Assembly (NCBI GenBank): GCA_013265495.1
Contig: MU061506.1
Coordinates: 1,364,001 to 1,428,000 of the forward strand
DNA: 64,000 nt
Reading direction: 5' to 3'
DNA from: Vicugna vicugna
Taxonomy: Eukaryota
The notes under the pieces are model-generated. The model did not search any database. It had not been told where the DNA came from and saw only the letters and a list, made by a program, of their open reading frames with translations. The translations under genes were made by a program, and so were the position numbers. Positions 35,939-48,180 of this stretch are shown one piece after another (positions within the stretch are counted from its first letter, which is position 1; every line of letters starts with the position of its first letter).

Positions 35939-36879
35939 GTGAACTAAGGGCCTGGTGCAAGGCTTTAAAGAAATATATATCTTCTTCCTGCATGTGGCTT
36001 ATCTTTTTCACTCTCTTCATAATATCTTTTGATGATTAAGAGTTTGCGTTTTCAATTTTAATATGGTTAAATTTATCAGGATTTTTTTTCCCCTTCGCTT
36101 TATATTTTTCAAGTCTGTTATAATTTCTTGAAATATCACTTTGGGAGGGATGTTCTAGTTTGTAGGATGATGTTCTTCTATTGTGTACATAATATTTATA
36201 ACCACTGAAACCTCCTTAAACTCAGTCTTCAAGTTTTCCTTTCCATTTAATCCCTTCCAAAAATTGTTCTGGCCTTCTCTTTCCCACTTTGCTGCCTGAA
36301 CCTTCTCTGTGAGATATTACCATACCTAACTGAACATTATTCTGAATACCCCTAAAGTCTAATTAAAGAATTACTGCCTATGGCCTTCAGGATCGGCTTC
36401 TATCCACCAACTTTATCCCACATCCGGTTCGCTTCCTGAAAGGTCAGGAACTTCAGAGTTCTCCTTTCTTGTTCACTGACTGTAGTCTGAAATCACAGCA
36501 GTCAGGCTCTATGGGTTCTTTCATCTCATGTGTGGAGGAATATCTTATTTTAAAAACAGAGAGAAAGAGAGAGAGAGAATTAAAGAAGGTTTTCTTTCTA
36601 ATCTCACACAGAGATACATTCCTTTTTGTAGCCAGATCCACATCAAGATGCAATCATTTGCTCTGATTTTTAAACACATTTGAATGAGTTGTTTACCTTA
36701 AAAATGGTACAATTAAAGATATTTTCAGGTTTCTATTCAGCCATGCAATGTGGCTCTTAGCCCAGGCTTGCTCCTAACCACAAAATCTTCCACCAAACCA
36801 TAGATGCATGCACAGAGACGTTTGTAATCCTTATAAAAGATACAAATAATCTTCCGTTTATTTTTTTCCTTGTTGTGAA

Positions 36880-37170
36880 GTGAAAAAAAGCAGGATTCTG
36901 GAGAAATCTTTGGACTGCAATTCAGAAGACATGTATGGTTTTCCTTTGGTATCCATGGAGGATTGGTCCCAGGACCCCTCAGGATACCAAAACTCCGCAG
37001 ACGTCCAAGTTTCTTATATGAAAACTGGCACTGGGTTCCATGTAGGGTGGTTAAAACTGGGTGTGGAACATGCAGATAATGAAGGCTGATGGTTTCTAGT
37101 CTTCACTCTCATGTTAAAATCACTCTCTGTGCCTCAGTTTCTCATCTTTCAAATGAGAATACTGAACTAA
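36880..37170 (+). mobile_element. MIR SINE split by a MER2-type insertion
   Basis: 5' part aaatctttggactgcaattcagaagac; 3' part ctctctgtgcctcagtttctcatctttcaaatgag. Confidence 0.7.
36935..37092 (+). mobile_element. MER2-type TcMar-Tigger MITE, internally deleted
   Basis: cctttggtatccatggaggattggtcccaggacccctcaggataccaaaa left end and ggaacatgcagataatgaaggctgat right end. Confidence 0.75.
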
Positions 37171-37199
37171 CAGTTTTAAAGTCTTTTGTCGTTGTTGTT

Positions 37200-37202
37200 T
37201 AT

Positions 37203-37233
<31 letters not shown>

Positions 37234-37250
37234 CACACACACATATATAT
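37200..37250. repeat. Compound (CA)n/(TA)n microsatellite
   Basis: Directly visible. Confidence 0.9.
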
Positions 37251-38719
37251 AGTTTTAACTTTCTGCAAGACCCCACATTTTCAAATGGTCATTCGCTGTA
37301 TGTCCCTCTTATTAGTTAAGCAGATTTATTAATAGGGAGGGATGGTAAAAAGCCTTTCCAACCCCTGGCATTTGGGGATAGAGTTGGAAGCAGTTCACCA
37401 GGTTGACTACATATAACCAGGCATAGTTCCTCACTCCAGACCTTGACCTCGTTTACTGCCGTGGAAGAAAACAAACTTAATTCTGTCCAGCTGTTTTTCC
37501 CAGGCATATTTTCATTGTCAGTGAGCTCAGACAAAACTTAACAGTATTATTTTCAATATGAGTTGGCCTTGACTGTATACTGGTACACCGAATTTCAGAT
37601 GCAGTTCCAAGGAAGAAAGCATTTTGATTAAAATCTGTTTGAATTTAGACCTTTTTACTAAATCTTTTCCTTTCCTTTTGTTCCCCCTTTCTACATAAAT
37701 ATATAAAACAAACTCTCAAGTTCAAGACAAAGATAATTCTAAAGTTCTTCTATTCTAGGTGGAAAGTATAGTAAGAATTAACATACAGATGCTTACTATG
37801 GGATAAGAACTTGACAGCCTCTCTAGTCATTCATCTAAAACATTTTCATTGAAGATTAACTTATGAAAAATGTATCGAGCTCTTATCCCAGCTATCATGA
37901 AACTTCTAATGAGAGAAGAAGACAATCAGATAGTCTTAGTAGGCATTATTGCTAAGTCTAGACCTAAATAAGAAATAGAATTTCACTTTTTAGAGTTTGA
38001 TATTTGTCTCCAAATCCCATTCTGCTAGAGGGCAGAGGCCTCAGTTCTTCCTAGGGTTCTATGTCCCTAGAGTTATGCCACTGACTTTGGGTCATTGTGG
38101 GGGACACCAGTATGGTCTTCAACCCTGGTCGAAGCAGCCCTACAATTGCCATTATCTGAAATCCATGGCCTCTTTGGGTTTTGTAGTTGTTTGTTTTTTT
38201 TTTTTTTTTCTATTGCTTCTGTTCTGTGTTTGGAGCAAAGTAATGTTTTGTTAGGTTTCCCATTTGCCTGGTCATCCTGTACAGTCATTTCAACTCAGTG
38301 AGTCTTTCTTATTTCACGAGCAGAGCTGTCAGGAAGATGCGCTGTAACATTTCTTCATCTTGCTACTCTCTTTCTCCACACAGAGCCTAACAGGTAGGTA
38401 GGGTGGCTGGAATTTCTTTCTAGTCTTGGATAAATTTTTCTCAGTTCCCATTTCTAGCCCAGACACTTGTTCTCTAAAAAGATCACATTTAAAACTGGTA
38501 TCTAAAGGAAGAAAAGGATCGAGCCACTCACAGATTGAGAGAAAAAACATTTTGAGTAGGTTCAGCATGACCTGGTTGTGTTGGGAGAATTAGTCTGAAT
38601 ATATGAGTTCAATTATTTCTTCCAGTAATCCCATGAGATAAGCACTTACGATTTTATTGATAAAAAAATAAAGTTCATTTTGTTAAGAAATGCCAAAAGT
38701 TCTCAGCTAATGTAGACAA

Positions 38720-39110
38720 CTATAACAATTTTAATTATGAGAACTCGTAAGGCTGAAAAGAAAAATACGGGGGAAGGAATAGAGTGGGGTACCTGACCTT
38801 GGAGGAGAGGAAGACATTCCCTGAGAAATAGATGTATACTTGAGTCCTGCAGAACTGAAGCAGCCGAATGAAACACTGAAAGAAAAGCTTCAGGCTGAGA
38901 GGATATTATGTGTGAAAACCCTTCTATGATAAATAGGTGAAACATCTGATGAACCGAACGAAGACTAGAGTCATACCATTGAGCGTGATGGTGAGAGGGC
39001 CACAAAGTGAGCCGAAAGAGGAAGGGGGCAGAGATACTACCTAGCCTTGAGAACAGGGATGAGGGTTTGGAACTGCAGCTTGTTTCATGGCTACTTTAGT
39101 ATATGATTCT
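38720..39110 (-). mobile_element. L2 LINE fragment
   Basis: Purine-rich antisense L2 succession (gaagacattccctgagaaatagatgtatacttgagtcctgcagaactgaag). Confidence 0.55.
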
Positions 39111-39161
39111 AACTCCATCGTAACGCAAACAAAAAACCAGGAAGGAGAAAAAGAAGAAACC

Positions 39162-39607
39162 TACATTAGTTTCTTATTGCTGTTGTGACAAATTTATTTT
39201 CCAGTTTTTGAGCTCAGAAGTCCAAAATGATGTCCTGATGGTATTGAAATCAAGATGTTGACAGGACAGCATTCCTTTAGGAGGCTCTAGCAGAGAATCC
39301 GTCCCTTGCCTTCGCCTGCCTCCAGACACTGCCTGCACACCTTGATCCCTGGCCCCTGCCAGCAATGACATCACTCTGATCTATGATTCCACTGTCATGT
39401 CATCTCTTTCCCTGATGCTGAGTCTCCTGCCTCTCTTTCATGAGGGCCAATGCAATCGCATTTGGTCCACTCAGATAATCCAGAATAATCTCTCTAACTC
39501 AAGATCCTTAACTTAATCATATCTGTAAAACTTCTCTTACCGTATGAGGTAACATTCACAGGTCCAGGATTAGCCCACAGACATCACTGCACGAAATGCC
39601 TACCACA
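39162..39607 (-). mobile_element. MaLR solo LTR (MLT1C/D-like)
   Basis: acattagtttcttattgctgttgtgacaaattt...cagaagtccaaaat...gataatccagaataatctc...ccttaacttaatcatatctgtaaaac...gcctaccaca. Confidence 0.88.
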
Positions 39608-39989
39608 AAGCCTCAATGATTATAAGGACTTTCAGAAAGAAGATTAGTAAAGGATTATTTCTTCATCTTATTTATAGAATCAAATACGTTACAATGTGTT
39701 GGTACAATATTAAATGCTAAACAACAAATGGACTACCAGAACACTATTCAATGGTGAAAAATGGACTGGAATAGATAACAGCGAGCTGGCACCTATTTTA
39801 CATAATGATTAACTAAAATACTAAGGATACACCAAAAATGAAAATGGGTTAAGGGATTGAGGATTGATTAGGGACCTTCATTTTCCCTCCCACAAACAAA
39901 ACTATTTGGAGGGATGGGATAGTACCAGATAAGAAATATTATTTCTTTATTGAAGAAAGAATCCAGATAGAAGAGTGATAAGTGACTAA

Positions 39990-40424
39990 GCAGATGTCTT
40001 GGATGTCTGCTCTTTGCCCTTGAAGATCTACTTTCTGCCTCTCCCTACTCTGATCTCTGTTCCAGCGATCTGACTTTCATGGACTACATCAAAGGGTGCC
40101 CTTGTCCCCTGACTTCTGGTTGGGCTCATCCAATAGGGAGCCTCAGAAAGAATTTTTTAGGGTTTGGGGATTTATTTTCCCTGGCACCGTCCCTGTGTGG
40201 TTGCTGCAGTCTGACTCACTCCTACATCAAAGGCAACTGTCTCTCTAAAAGCCTCTCTCCTATTGGTTTCTCCTCATTACTCTTTTCCTCCATTCCACTG
40301 GGTCTCCCCTGTCCTTTGTGGTTCCTTACATGCTACCCACAGCTTTGTTAATTTTATTAAATCCTCTTCAAACGATCTTACTGTATAAAATCCATCTGTT
40401 TCTTGCTAGGACTCTCACTGATGC
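39990..40424 (+). mobile_element. ERVL LTR (LTR16/LTR40-like)
   Basis: Ends ccatctgtttcttgctaggactctcactgatgca, the recalled LTR16-family terminus. Confidence 0.65.
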
Positions 40425-41199
40425 AGCAGAGCAGAGAGAGCTACCCCAGCTGAAAACATAGGCAGCGAAGAATGTGTGTGAAAGAAGAGGTGATGGATGC
40501 TAGAGAATGCGGGAGGGGCTGCAATTTGGGAGCAACAGATGAAATGGGAAACAGAAGTTAAACATGAGCAGAAATAGGCATAGCAGGTAAAAGTTCATAT
40601 ATGAGAAACGTCAGGCCTGCTTGTCACCTCCTCATATGGGATCCCAGCCACTACCTATTCAGCAGGAGATTTGCATGTAAGAAAATATGTGAAAACAAAA
40701 TATTAAAAATGTTTCAGATATGTAAGCAAGTACCCATGAGATGTATCTCACATATAACTGTCCCAAGTAAGGCACTCTAGGATGGGCTTCAGCCAATGAG
40801 GGAAGACGAAACAGGAGAAAAATAAGTAATAAGATTTAAGATCTGTGTAAGAGTAAGAAGAGGAAAAAGATAACCCTCCCAGTTCAGGTTGGAGCAGGAG
40901 AATGGAAGGTAAGAAATGAAAGGTAATTGTTTATTCACTCTTTTAACCTTAATTGAAGGCATCATATTTGTTTTATTAATAAAGAAGAATATATTAAAGT
41001 GTTAATTTATCATGATTGTGACAAATAATTTTCCCAGTGTGATCTGGACAATTATTTTATTATCATCTTGTACAGTTGAAGTTCGAAGTTCATATTTAGT
41101 TAAATATATGCATACATTTTATGATTCCTTCTATCACATTTCTATAGCAAACTTTTTACTTCCGTAAGGTTTAGTGGGATATTTACCTGTATTTTGTTT

Positions 41200-41400
41200 C
41201 CCTTCTGAGTATATGGTCTCTCCGCGATTCTAGCATGGTGGTCTCTGGGCTCTAAGAAAGAATATTCCAAGGAAGTGGAAGTTGCCAATATTTAGGGAGT
41301 TGGACCAGAAACTGGCCTAGTGCCATGTTGACAATATTCTATTGGTCACGGTAGTCACAGATCTCCAGATTCAGGATGGGAGGAGTGTCATTACACTTGG
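41200..41400 (-). mobile_element. Old MaLR LTR fragment (MLT1J/K-like)
   Basis: aatattctattggtcacggtagtcacagatctccagattcagg. Confidence 0.55.
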
Positions 41401-42374
41401 ATTCTCATTGGTTCCATCAAAAAACAGGGCAATTTGCAAGTGAATGGTTACTCATTGTGTGGAGCACACACTGGGGGAAGGGCAGAGGCCGACAATTACT
41501 GGCTGGTAAGGTTAAATATTTGTATTTTAATTTGAAAATATCACCTAAAAAGGTAGTGAAATCTTGGTAGATAAATTCTCAAAACCTGAAGTAATGTATT
41601 TGATCCTTCGAATTATAAATACAATAGACATTTATACAGAAATCTATCCATTGAGGTTTAATTCAAAACATAACATCTAGAGTCCATTGGCTTTTAACAA
41701 GTTTAATTTTCAGAAATCCAGTGTTGGCTGATGGATGGTGGAAGAAATAAAATATAGCGCTTGATTTGAACAGGTCACTTATCAAATAATCTCAAACAAA
41801 AAAGTCAACTTGTATTCCCGTGTTATATTCACAAGACTCTTCTCAAGGTCATTTGAGAAGATTTTTCAGTTGAAAGCTGAGAAAAATTTGCTCTCTGGGA
41901 CAGTCATGACAGGCACTTGGAATTGGTTGCAAAATGTTAATTTATAATAGTTTGTAAAGAGAATATTGATGTAGCTCAATAACTAGACTACACTACCTTA
42001 TGAAGGTACCTTTGAATGCTGCATAAGGAAACCTGCTGTAGTGACAACCAGATATTGTACCCATGGGAAGGCCAAGGAATGGCTAAAATGCTGACCCATA
42101 GTGGTCAGTCTCTCCCATAGACCCAAAAAAGGTCAAGTTATGAAATAAGCTATGGAGGAAGAGATTGTGTGAGTTATTGGCAGCAGCTGAAACAATTTAT
42201 TCATCGGCAATTGCAGCTGGAAAGCTCCAACCTCCTTCCCGCTAAGCAGTTTGTATAAGCTTAGTATTCAGTTTAGCACCTATGAGTTACCATTATTGCT
42301 CAGAAGGAAATAGCTTGCTGTGAACTTGACAATAGACCTGGATGCTATTACCAGTGCCAGCCCTCTAATACAGA

Positions 42375-42525
42375 TTTTAACATGTATCTAAATTACATGG
42401 GGATCTTGGTGAGGAATAGACTCTTACTTAGTAGATCTGGGTTACGTGCTGAGATTCTGCACGTCTAACAAGCTCCCAGGTGACGCTGACATGGCCAGTC
42501 TGCGGATCACACTTTGAGAATCAGG
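42375..42525. mobile_element. MER5A hAT-Charlie MITE
   Basis: gagattctgcacgtctaacaagctcccaggtgacgctgacatggccagtctgcggatcacactttgagaa. Confidence 0.82.
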
Positions 42526-42881
42526 ACCCCAGTCAACATATCATTTTAGTGAACTGTCACAATTGTAAGTAAACTGGAGACTGAACAAATATTTTTTGAT
42601 TCCAAAAGAAGTGAACGAGGACAGCCGGTCTCATTATGGAATTAAATAAATCACAGATAAAATTCAGAGTTCTAAAGCTGATAGGGATTCCTTACGAATT
42701 GTTTAATAGATTAACTTAAATTGAGAAAGACAATCCGGCTTATCAGTAACAAGCCATGCTGCATAACGTATTTGTGTTCCAAACTGACATTAGTGATCTG
42801 AGATGACTAAATGTTTTGTTTTGCTGTTTTGTTTGGTAAATGGTACTTAAGACTTTATTTTCATTTTTTATTTTTTTCATT

Positions 42882-43016
42882 NNNNNNNNNNNNNNNNNNN
42901 NNNNNNNNNNNNNNNNNNNNNNNNNNNNNNNNNNNNNNNNNNNNNNNNNNNNNNNNNNNNNNNNNNNNNNNNNNNNNNNNNNNNNNNNNNNNNNNNNNNN
43001 NNNNNNNNNNNNNNNN
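42882..43016. other. Assembly gap (135 N)
   Basis: Run of N. Confidence 1.
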
Positions 43017-45879
43017 TCATTTCAAGAAGGGAGGATCAAACTGTTAAGAAGGACAGAAGGGCTGATGACACCCATGAGTTTTCCATTAGAGGTGATCATA
43101 AATGTAGTGGCAAAAATGTAGAATCATTACACTGATATATTTAGAACACATTGGCATATTTCACTCTGATTATAGAGAGCTCACTGTGTCATCTTTACGA
43201 TAAAGATCTTATTTAAGAAAAGAGATATCACATACACACTTTCTTGTTTTGGCAAGCCACCCATATTGCTATTAGAGAAGAAAATTTAACATGAGATAAC
43301 AAGTCTCCTCCTAAGCATGCATAGCTGTCAGATTCTTTCTCATACACGCCCTTCATGGTGGTTTGAGCATAACATAGCCTCAAGCCATCTGTCACTCTGC
43401 CCCTTAATTAGATGGAAGAATTGACTTGCACATAGGAGACAGTATAGGCTCTTACATTGGGACGCATGTGTGTGTGCATGTGTGTCTGTCTGTACACCTA
43501 CCTATCTACGCATGTATGTATTCATTTATCTGTATCTTTCTGTATCTAAATCTATTTATGGGTATATAGAACCTTTTTTTAAAGAAGACTTTGGAATCTG
43601 TATTAGATCACAATAAATCAAGAGAGGTGCCTGGGAGACTTTCCAGAACTGGCTTCGGGAAAATGGATTTTTTTTTGAGCAATTTTATAGGAAAGTCAGT
43701 TATTTGATTGAGTCTATTTTTCCCAGAGAGAAGATGGGGAAACAAACCCCTAAAACTACTCAAATCCATCTATGACTGATACTCGGCTTTGATTACTTGA
43801 AAGGGATCTGATCTTACGACTAATTTCAAAGTGCAGGAAAAGGAACTTGCTTCCAGATACTTCCTCTCCTATTACTAATGCTAATCTTTCATCTCACGTT
43901 AAGAAACAAATTGCAAATGCCAACACCCCTGTTGATAGTTGACTTATTTGACTTCAAAGACTCGATTTAACTCAGTATTTCTGAATTTATTAAGGAGTAC
44001 AATGTGTCCATTATCGTCCCAGCTACCATGGAGTAGGAGTAACCAATATAAGGATGTAGCCTAGGTCCTCTAAAAGCAAAGCTCAGGGCAAGGATAAAAG
44101 CACTGACGCTACATTTGGGATCAGGATGAAAGCTTAGTTGATATGTGTTAAAAAAAATAGAAGTGAAGCAAGAAAAGATGAGAATTATTCATTGAGTTAA
44201 ACTGCTGGCCACTTCCTTACGATAAGCCTTGAAGACAAACAGTTGGATGCTATGAGTTTTCTAGCACACAGAACTTTCTCTGGAGGGGCTACCCAGAAAA
44301 CGCATCTCAGAGCAGTTCATAGAGGAAGGAGGAGGAGGAGTGCAGCTGCCTGGATCCCTGCTCTCTCCTGCTTAACACTGGCTGGGTTTACGCCATGGAG
44401 GTCTGATTCTCTCCAGACCTCTAGTTCACATCATCTGACCCCTCAGTGACCACTCAGTGAAGCAGCTCCCATGCTCCTCAGTGTGACATCTCATCCAACC
44501 ACAAAGGAGCAGGGAGCATGGCAGGAACAGAGCTCAACCTGAGGCTTCAGATTAGACTCCACCCAACTCACTGTTTGTCTAAGCTTTGAGATCTTTTGTT
44601 TCCTATCATTGGCTTGGAGTTATTTTGTTCTTGCTCCAAGCTTTGATGAGCTTTCCAACTGAGCAAGGAGTACACTCCATAGGGATAATTTGATTTAGCA
44701 ACCAAGATGCAGTTTAAAAGAGTGTCTAGAATCCAGTGACAGAAGACTGTGTACACTGTCTATGAGCTGGCTCTGAAGCTTTATGAGCCTCACATCACAT
44801 CAGTAAAATGGGACCTCACGATCTAATGACCATGCGGTGGGGTTCATGTTCACCCTGAGAGGCATGCAAGAGACTAAGCTGGTTATTGAATCAGCACAGC
44901 TGAATTCCCCAGCCAGCTCTCTGAGAACAGCCCAGCACTTATTCTGCGAGGGTATTTCTTGGGATATGTGGGATTAATGTGAGGCTATGGCTTATATTCA
45001 GAAATGTCCACATTATGGAGACCACATCACTTTGACCAGACAGGTGACTTCCTGAATGGGAAAGTCATTTGTGCCGTCAGTGTTCCGGACAGAGCTAGTC
45101 CTCAAATATAAAACCTGCTCTAAGATGCCAACCTATTCAAAGGCAACAGGCAGGAAAACAGAGAAACACTGAGGTATTTAAATGTTCAGTAACATGGTCC
45201 CTTGTTCTAGAGAACGATGTCTGCCATGTGGAAGACGACCAGGACCTATAAAGTAGTGATAGATCCAGACGGAAGATGTCGTGCTGGAGATAAAAGCCAA
45301 TGTATTTACGCTCATAGCTTTTCTTCTCTATAGCTATCTTCTCTTCCAGTGCTGTCCTGAGATAAAGAAGTTCAGTTACAAAAATTGGTACACAAAGACA
45401 CAAGATAAGCTGTAGCAAGAGAGACAAATTATAGAGATCGGCACCTCTTCTGTTTCTCTACACCAAGAGAGGGCTCATCTCTTAAAGCTGGGGCAAAGTT
45501 TACTCTAAGGGGGTCAGTAGCCCTCAGTGTGGAATCTGGAAGACAGTGAGAATCAGGAGCCCACTGAAAGTTCTCTTTCCCCCCTTTTGAATAGAAAGAC
45601 ATCCCTGATGGCATGAGCACTAGTCTTTCACAGGACTTTATCTCAAAAAGGCAGTAAAGATATTTGTGTTGGGCCCTAGCCATTGACTAAAACATAATAA
45701 CCTCACCAGATATACCATTGTGTATTTGCCAGGAAGTCATAAAAAGGATAGCAAAGAGTAATGAATGATGAGTTCTTTTTTTTTTTTCTCTACATATAGC
45801 AGAGTTGGAAAGATATCTGTTGATGGAGGTCCAAAAATTGTGAAGTTCTGGTCCAGGCTGTCTGACGTAAAATTATGAA

Positions 45880-46085
45880 ATCATGATTTCACTTCATATG
45901 CCTATTATATTTTTGAAATCCACAAACACTTGTGTAAGCTAATTCAAGGTTCACCCCAGCTTGCCATCACTCCCATTCTTCAGATTAATTGAACCAAGGC
46001 TCAGGGTGAACAACTGACTTGCCAGTTAAATAACTCTTACATGTAGAGCCAAGCAAGACCCTAAGCCTTCTGATTCTGGATTTTA
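45880..46085 (-). mobile_element. MIR SINE
   Basis: cccattcttcagattaattgaaccaaggctcagggtgaacaactgacttgcc core. Confidence 0.65.
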
Positions 46086-46852
46086 TGACTTTCACATATG
46101 TAACAGCTATTTCGATGGTAGTAGCTGAGAGGAGGATAAGAGATGAGACCAAAGTCTGGGCAGCAACTTAGTATAAACATTTCCCTAATATGCCCTTAGA
46201 GACTCATGAGGAACACACACCCCAGGATATTTTTCCCCGTTTACTAGAAGTTTTCCCCGTTGTTGACTATGTGAAACACACAAAAGAAAATAAAGCACAG
46301 AGGACTTATAACCGAAATCCAAGCACTGACACTGAATCCAGAACTCCCATTATACATTGTCAAAAACAACGCCTAAAGTAGATTAGAGATACCACTTCAT
46401 TCTACTCCTCTCTCTCTCTGGTCCTCCACACGTAAAACAGGGAGTGAGGAAAGCTCAGCCTCCCTTTTCAATCTGGGATGAACATTGTACAAGTCGGTAC
46501 TGGATGAGCCTTGAAGGATGAGGGTGGGGAATTGAGAGAGGGAATTCTCCCTTGCTCTGCCACAGCAAGTTTAGCTGCTGTCTGCAGGCTGTTGGGGCCC
46601 CAGGAAACACCAAGCTGTGCTAGTGTGTTGACGTGGTGGATGCCCGAGCTTTTCCTAACACCTGGATAAGGACATTGGAAGCATAGCAGAGGTACCAGAA
46701 TTCTTTTCACGGATTAGGTTTGATCCAGTGCCTGCCTATGTCAGTTGTTTGCAGAAAAGAGCTACATGTCACGCAGAAGAAGATTTAAAGGTCCTTGGCT
46801 CAAGCTCAAAGCTGCAAGGGAAGCAAATGTTTTGTGACTAGTGAAATCAATA

Positions 46853-46884
46853 AAATTTTTCTGGTAGCAAATTTTTCTGGTAGC
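46853..46884. repeat. Perfect 16-bp tandem duplication
   Basis: aaatttttctggtagc x2. Confidence 0.95.
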
Positions 46885-47100
46885 CAAAAATATTTGGTGA
46901 ACCCAGCACCCACAGGACCTCAAGGGGGAGAATATACATATATGCACGAATCCTCCTTCTCATCTTGATCTTCTAGAGCTCTGTGAAGAGGCATTTCATA
47001 GTCTCTCAACTTCACTTTTAAGATTCACAAATATTTCCGGTCTCTGAGCCTTCAATTACGCTATTTCCTCCTAACATACGATCTGCCCTCCATATCCAAA

Positions 47101-47271
47101 ATTTCCATCAGTAGTTGGTTAAATCGGCAGATGAGAAACCCGCAGATACGAAGGCTGACTGCATTCATTGTGCTACATACGCCGTTACCTCTGCGGGGCT
47201 TGAGTATCTGCGGATACTGGTGCAGTGGGGGCTCCTGGAATCAATACCCAGCGGATATTGAGGGAGGGCTA
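47101..47271 (-). mobile_element. MER8 TcMar-Tigger MITE
   Basis: gttggttaaatcggcagatgagaaacccgcagatacgaaggctgactgcattcattgtgctac...cttgagtatctgcggatactgg...cctggaatcaatacccagcggatattgaggga. Confidence 0.75.
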
Positions 47272-47454
47272 ATAATAAACACTCCTTCCCCTGCTTCCTC
47301 TTCAACATTCTCTTTCAGTTAAACCTCACACTTCCATCAAACTGAACCACAAATACCATCTTCCATATGCAGCTTTTTCTGCTTCATTTTCGCAAAATAC
47401 AGGATTTTCTATCTTCCTTTTGTGAATTCCCATCGCACTATTTTTTCCTGCTGA

Positions 47455-47830
47455 ATCACCGCTGGTAAGGTTCCCCGAGAAGCAGACTCTGAGATGGAGA
47501 TACGCCTGAATGACTTTTACTGGGGAGCTCGCTGGGGGAAGTGAAGGAAGCAGAACTGGGCTGCGGTCCGGTCACTGAGAGGGCCACCGCCGGTCCCGTC
47601 GGGAGGCCTGGAGCTGTGAGGACCCTTCAGAACCGTTCTGAGTTATTGCAAGAGGATCAGGGCCCTTATATCCCTGTATCCACCAGTCACTGGCTCTGAG
47701 GACCTGGGGCAAGGACCAAAGGCAGTAGCAGATAGGCAAGTTTTATCTGTGAACTGTCAGCTGTCACACTCCTGGGGGGGAATAAAGGCTTCTGTCTGAG
47801 GGAGGGGGGGCAGCAACATGAGTGGCACAC
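47455..47830 (-). mobile_element. ERVL LTR (LTR16-like)
   Basis: gttccccgagaagcagactctgagatggagat...ggagctgtgaggacccttcaga...gggcccttatatccctgtatccaccagtcactgg. Confidence 0.7.
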
Positions 47831-48029
47831 ACAGTATCCCTGCCCTTAGCGTATGTGGAATCTGGGATACTCAGCTTTGCAGACCATGGCTTTGTGCCTT
47901 GGAAATTAGAAATCATGCCCCAAATATTTCTTGAATTCCCTGCAGCTGTTAGTATAGTACATAAGAGGTGCTGGATAAGTAACTTGCTGAGATGAACTTA
48001 TTCTGTGCTCTTTCACAGGTGTCTCACTT

Positions 48030-48180
48030 TAAGGACATATTGATGAGGTATTTCAGACACACACAATCTCTATTTTACAGAGAAAATTAGGGCATAGAGT
48101 GATCACCGGAATTGGTCAATGGCACAATCAATTAAAAAGTTTCAGTGAATAAATCTAGGTCTCAGGGCTCTCAGACTGAT
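48030..48180 (-). mobile_element. MIR SINE
   Basis: tctctattttacagagaaaattagggcatagag core. Confidence 0.6.

Larger units (their letters stand above)
34700..36130 (-). mobile_element. L1ME 3' region, interrupted by the Vic-1 dimer
   Basis: Antisense L1ME3-like 3' UTR succession; the sequence resumes after the TSD at 35988. Confidence 0.7.

Noticed and set aside
36453-36546. Minus-strand acceptor after (CT)n followed by YSSTHEMKEPIEPDCCDFRLQSVNKKGEL*
   Set aside because: The pyrimidine tract is a GA microsatellite, no upstream partner exon was found, and no protein match was recognised.
41880-42340. High-complexity unassigned block suspected to be another retrocopy
   Set aside because: No long ORF in the track and no protein or RNA similarity recognised.
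47101-47271. Tigger-type ends in an apparently rearranged order
   Set aside because: This internal inverted arrangement is the known MER8 consensus structure.
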